Shown here piece by piece: positions 63,298 through 64,000 of a DNA stretch of 64,000 nt (positions are counted from its first letter, which is position 1; the number at the start of each line of letters is the position of its first letter). This stretch comes from Myxococcota bacterium. GTDB lineage: Bacteria; Myxococcota_A; Bradymonadia; UBA7976; UBA1532. The translations under genes and the position numbers were made by a program. The stretch is taken from the NCBI GenBank assembly GCA_036337435.1, contig JAYZEG010000020.1, positions 23,491-87,490 on the forward strand. Reading direction: 5' to 3'. The notes beneath the pieces are model-generated. The model did no database searches and had not been told where the DNA came from. It worked only from the letters and a program-made list of their open reading frames with translations.

Positions 63298-63797
63298 ATG
63301 TTAACCGGCTCATGAGCGAAAGGGGAGATGGACTTACGCTTGTCACCTTTGCATCCGCACTCTTTTTTCCTCTTTGGGCTGTCGTTGGATACAGCCATCT
63401 TGAGCATTGGCAGAGTGGTCCTATCGCCAATGGCTGGACAGAGATTGTGAAGCCATGGGGCTGCTTAATTTGGGCTGGTGTTCTCTTATTTATTTTGTCC
63501 GGCTGGGTCGTCTATTCCCACAAAGTAACGCGCGGATTTTTCGGGAGCCTCATCTATATTGCCATCGGTCTTTTCTGTGTGGTCATCAGCGCGTTGCCGG
63601 GTGCATTCTGGCTTGCCCAGATCGGGAATATCGACCTTACTGAAATGGTTCGATCACTCATGCTAGTGGCCTGTGCGTTTGCAGTGCCTTGTTTGATAGG
63701 AGGGGGCATGGCCAAGTTTGTTTCAGCAAAATTCGGTCATCTCTTTGTTCTAGGTACTGGTTCGGTCGCCTTGTTTTGGATTCGCGTCTATGTCTGA
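63294..63797 (+). CDS. Polytopic membrane protein, possible ABC permease partner
   Basis: GTGA overlap with the ATPase stop; 4-5 hydrophobic segments. Confidence 0.65.
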   Translation: MNVNRLMSERGDGLTLVTFASALFFPLWAVVGYSHLEHWQSGPIANGWTEIVKPWGCLIWAGVLLFILSGWVVYSHKVTRGFFGSLIYIAIGLFCVVISALPGAFWLAQIGNIDLTEMVRSLMLVACAFAVPCLIGGGMAKFVSAKFGHLFVLGTGSVALFWIRVYV

Positions 63798-64000
63798 CAC
63801 CCAGAAAGACCTGTTGAGGCTGTACGTGAAACGAGTCGGTGCCAGACGCGCTTGCTGGAGAACGTTGCGCCAGTTGTCTGTGGCATCGTTGGTATTTACC
63901 ATTGGCATCTATGTGGGCTATTGGCCTCCAATTGCAATTTGGTTGCTCGGCATCTTGGTGTCAGCTGTTGTGATTTTGGAGACGCCATCGACAACGGCTA
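63790..64000 (+). CDS. Membrane protein, 3'-truncated by window edge
   Basis: Hand translation MSDTQKDLLRLYVKRVGARR...GIYVGYWPPIAIWLLGILVSAVV, open to the window end; overlaps the previous stop. Confidence 0.6.
   Translation, partial: MSDTQKDLLRLYVKRVGARRACWRTLRQLSVASLVFTIGIYVGYWPPIAIWLLGILVSAVVILETPSTTA

Noticed and set aside
1..64000. tRNA, rRNA, integrase/transposase, prophage or defence genes; the many short nested ORFs
   Set aside because: No recognisable motifs found by eye; short ORFs lie within or antisense to well-supported genes.

Overview
Gene-dense, roughly 52% GC (estimated by eye) bacterial chromosome segment. Gene content and order (myxobacterial-type GspN/GspL, Tgl-like lipoprotein before rodZ-like/mgtE/recO, PEGA and FHA-GAF-cyclase proteins, two sigma-54 activators) point to Myxococcota or a related former deltaproteobacterium; this is inference. 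Contents in order: 5'-truncated moaA; a variant System I cytochrome c maturation cluster (ccmE,F,A,B,C,D plus three accessory genes, no ccmG/H); a TPR soluble lytic transglycosylase; a minus-strand type II secretion operon (gspC to gspN) in which gspG and gspH read as one ORF; a co-oriented upstream signalling block (sigma-54 response regulator, FHA-GAF-adenylate cyclase, EEP phosphoesterase, histidine kinase); a PEGA protein and Kelch lipoprotein followed by a 4655-aa giant surface protein; then REC-PilZ and housekeeping or envelope genes. The best novelty candidate is the giant protein. It joins an N-terminal head, 16 tandem DUF11-type Ig repeats with Lys/Asp/Asn isopeptide signatures, an internal OmpA-like peptidoglycan-binding domain and a very large C-terminal beta-barrel region, and may be a single-chain adhesin plus export channel. 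I saw no tRNA, rRNA, CRISPR array or mobile element. Family assignments come from motif recognition by eye; no searches were run.
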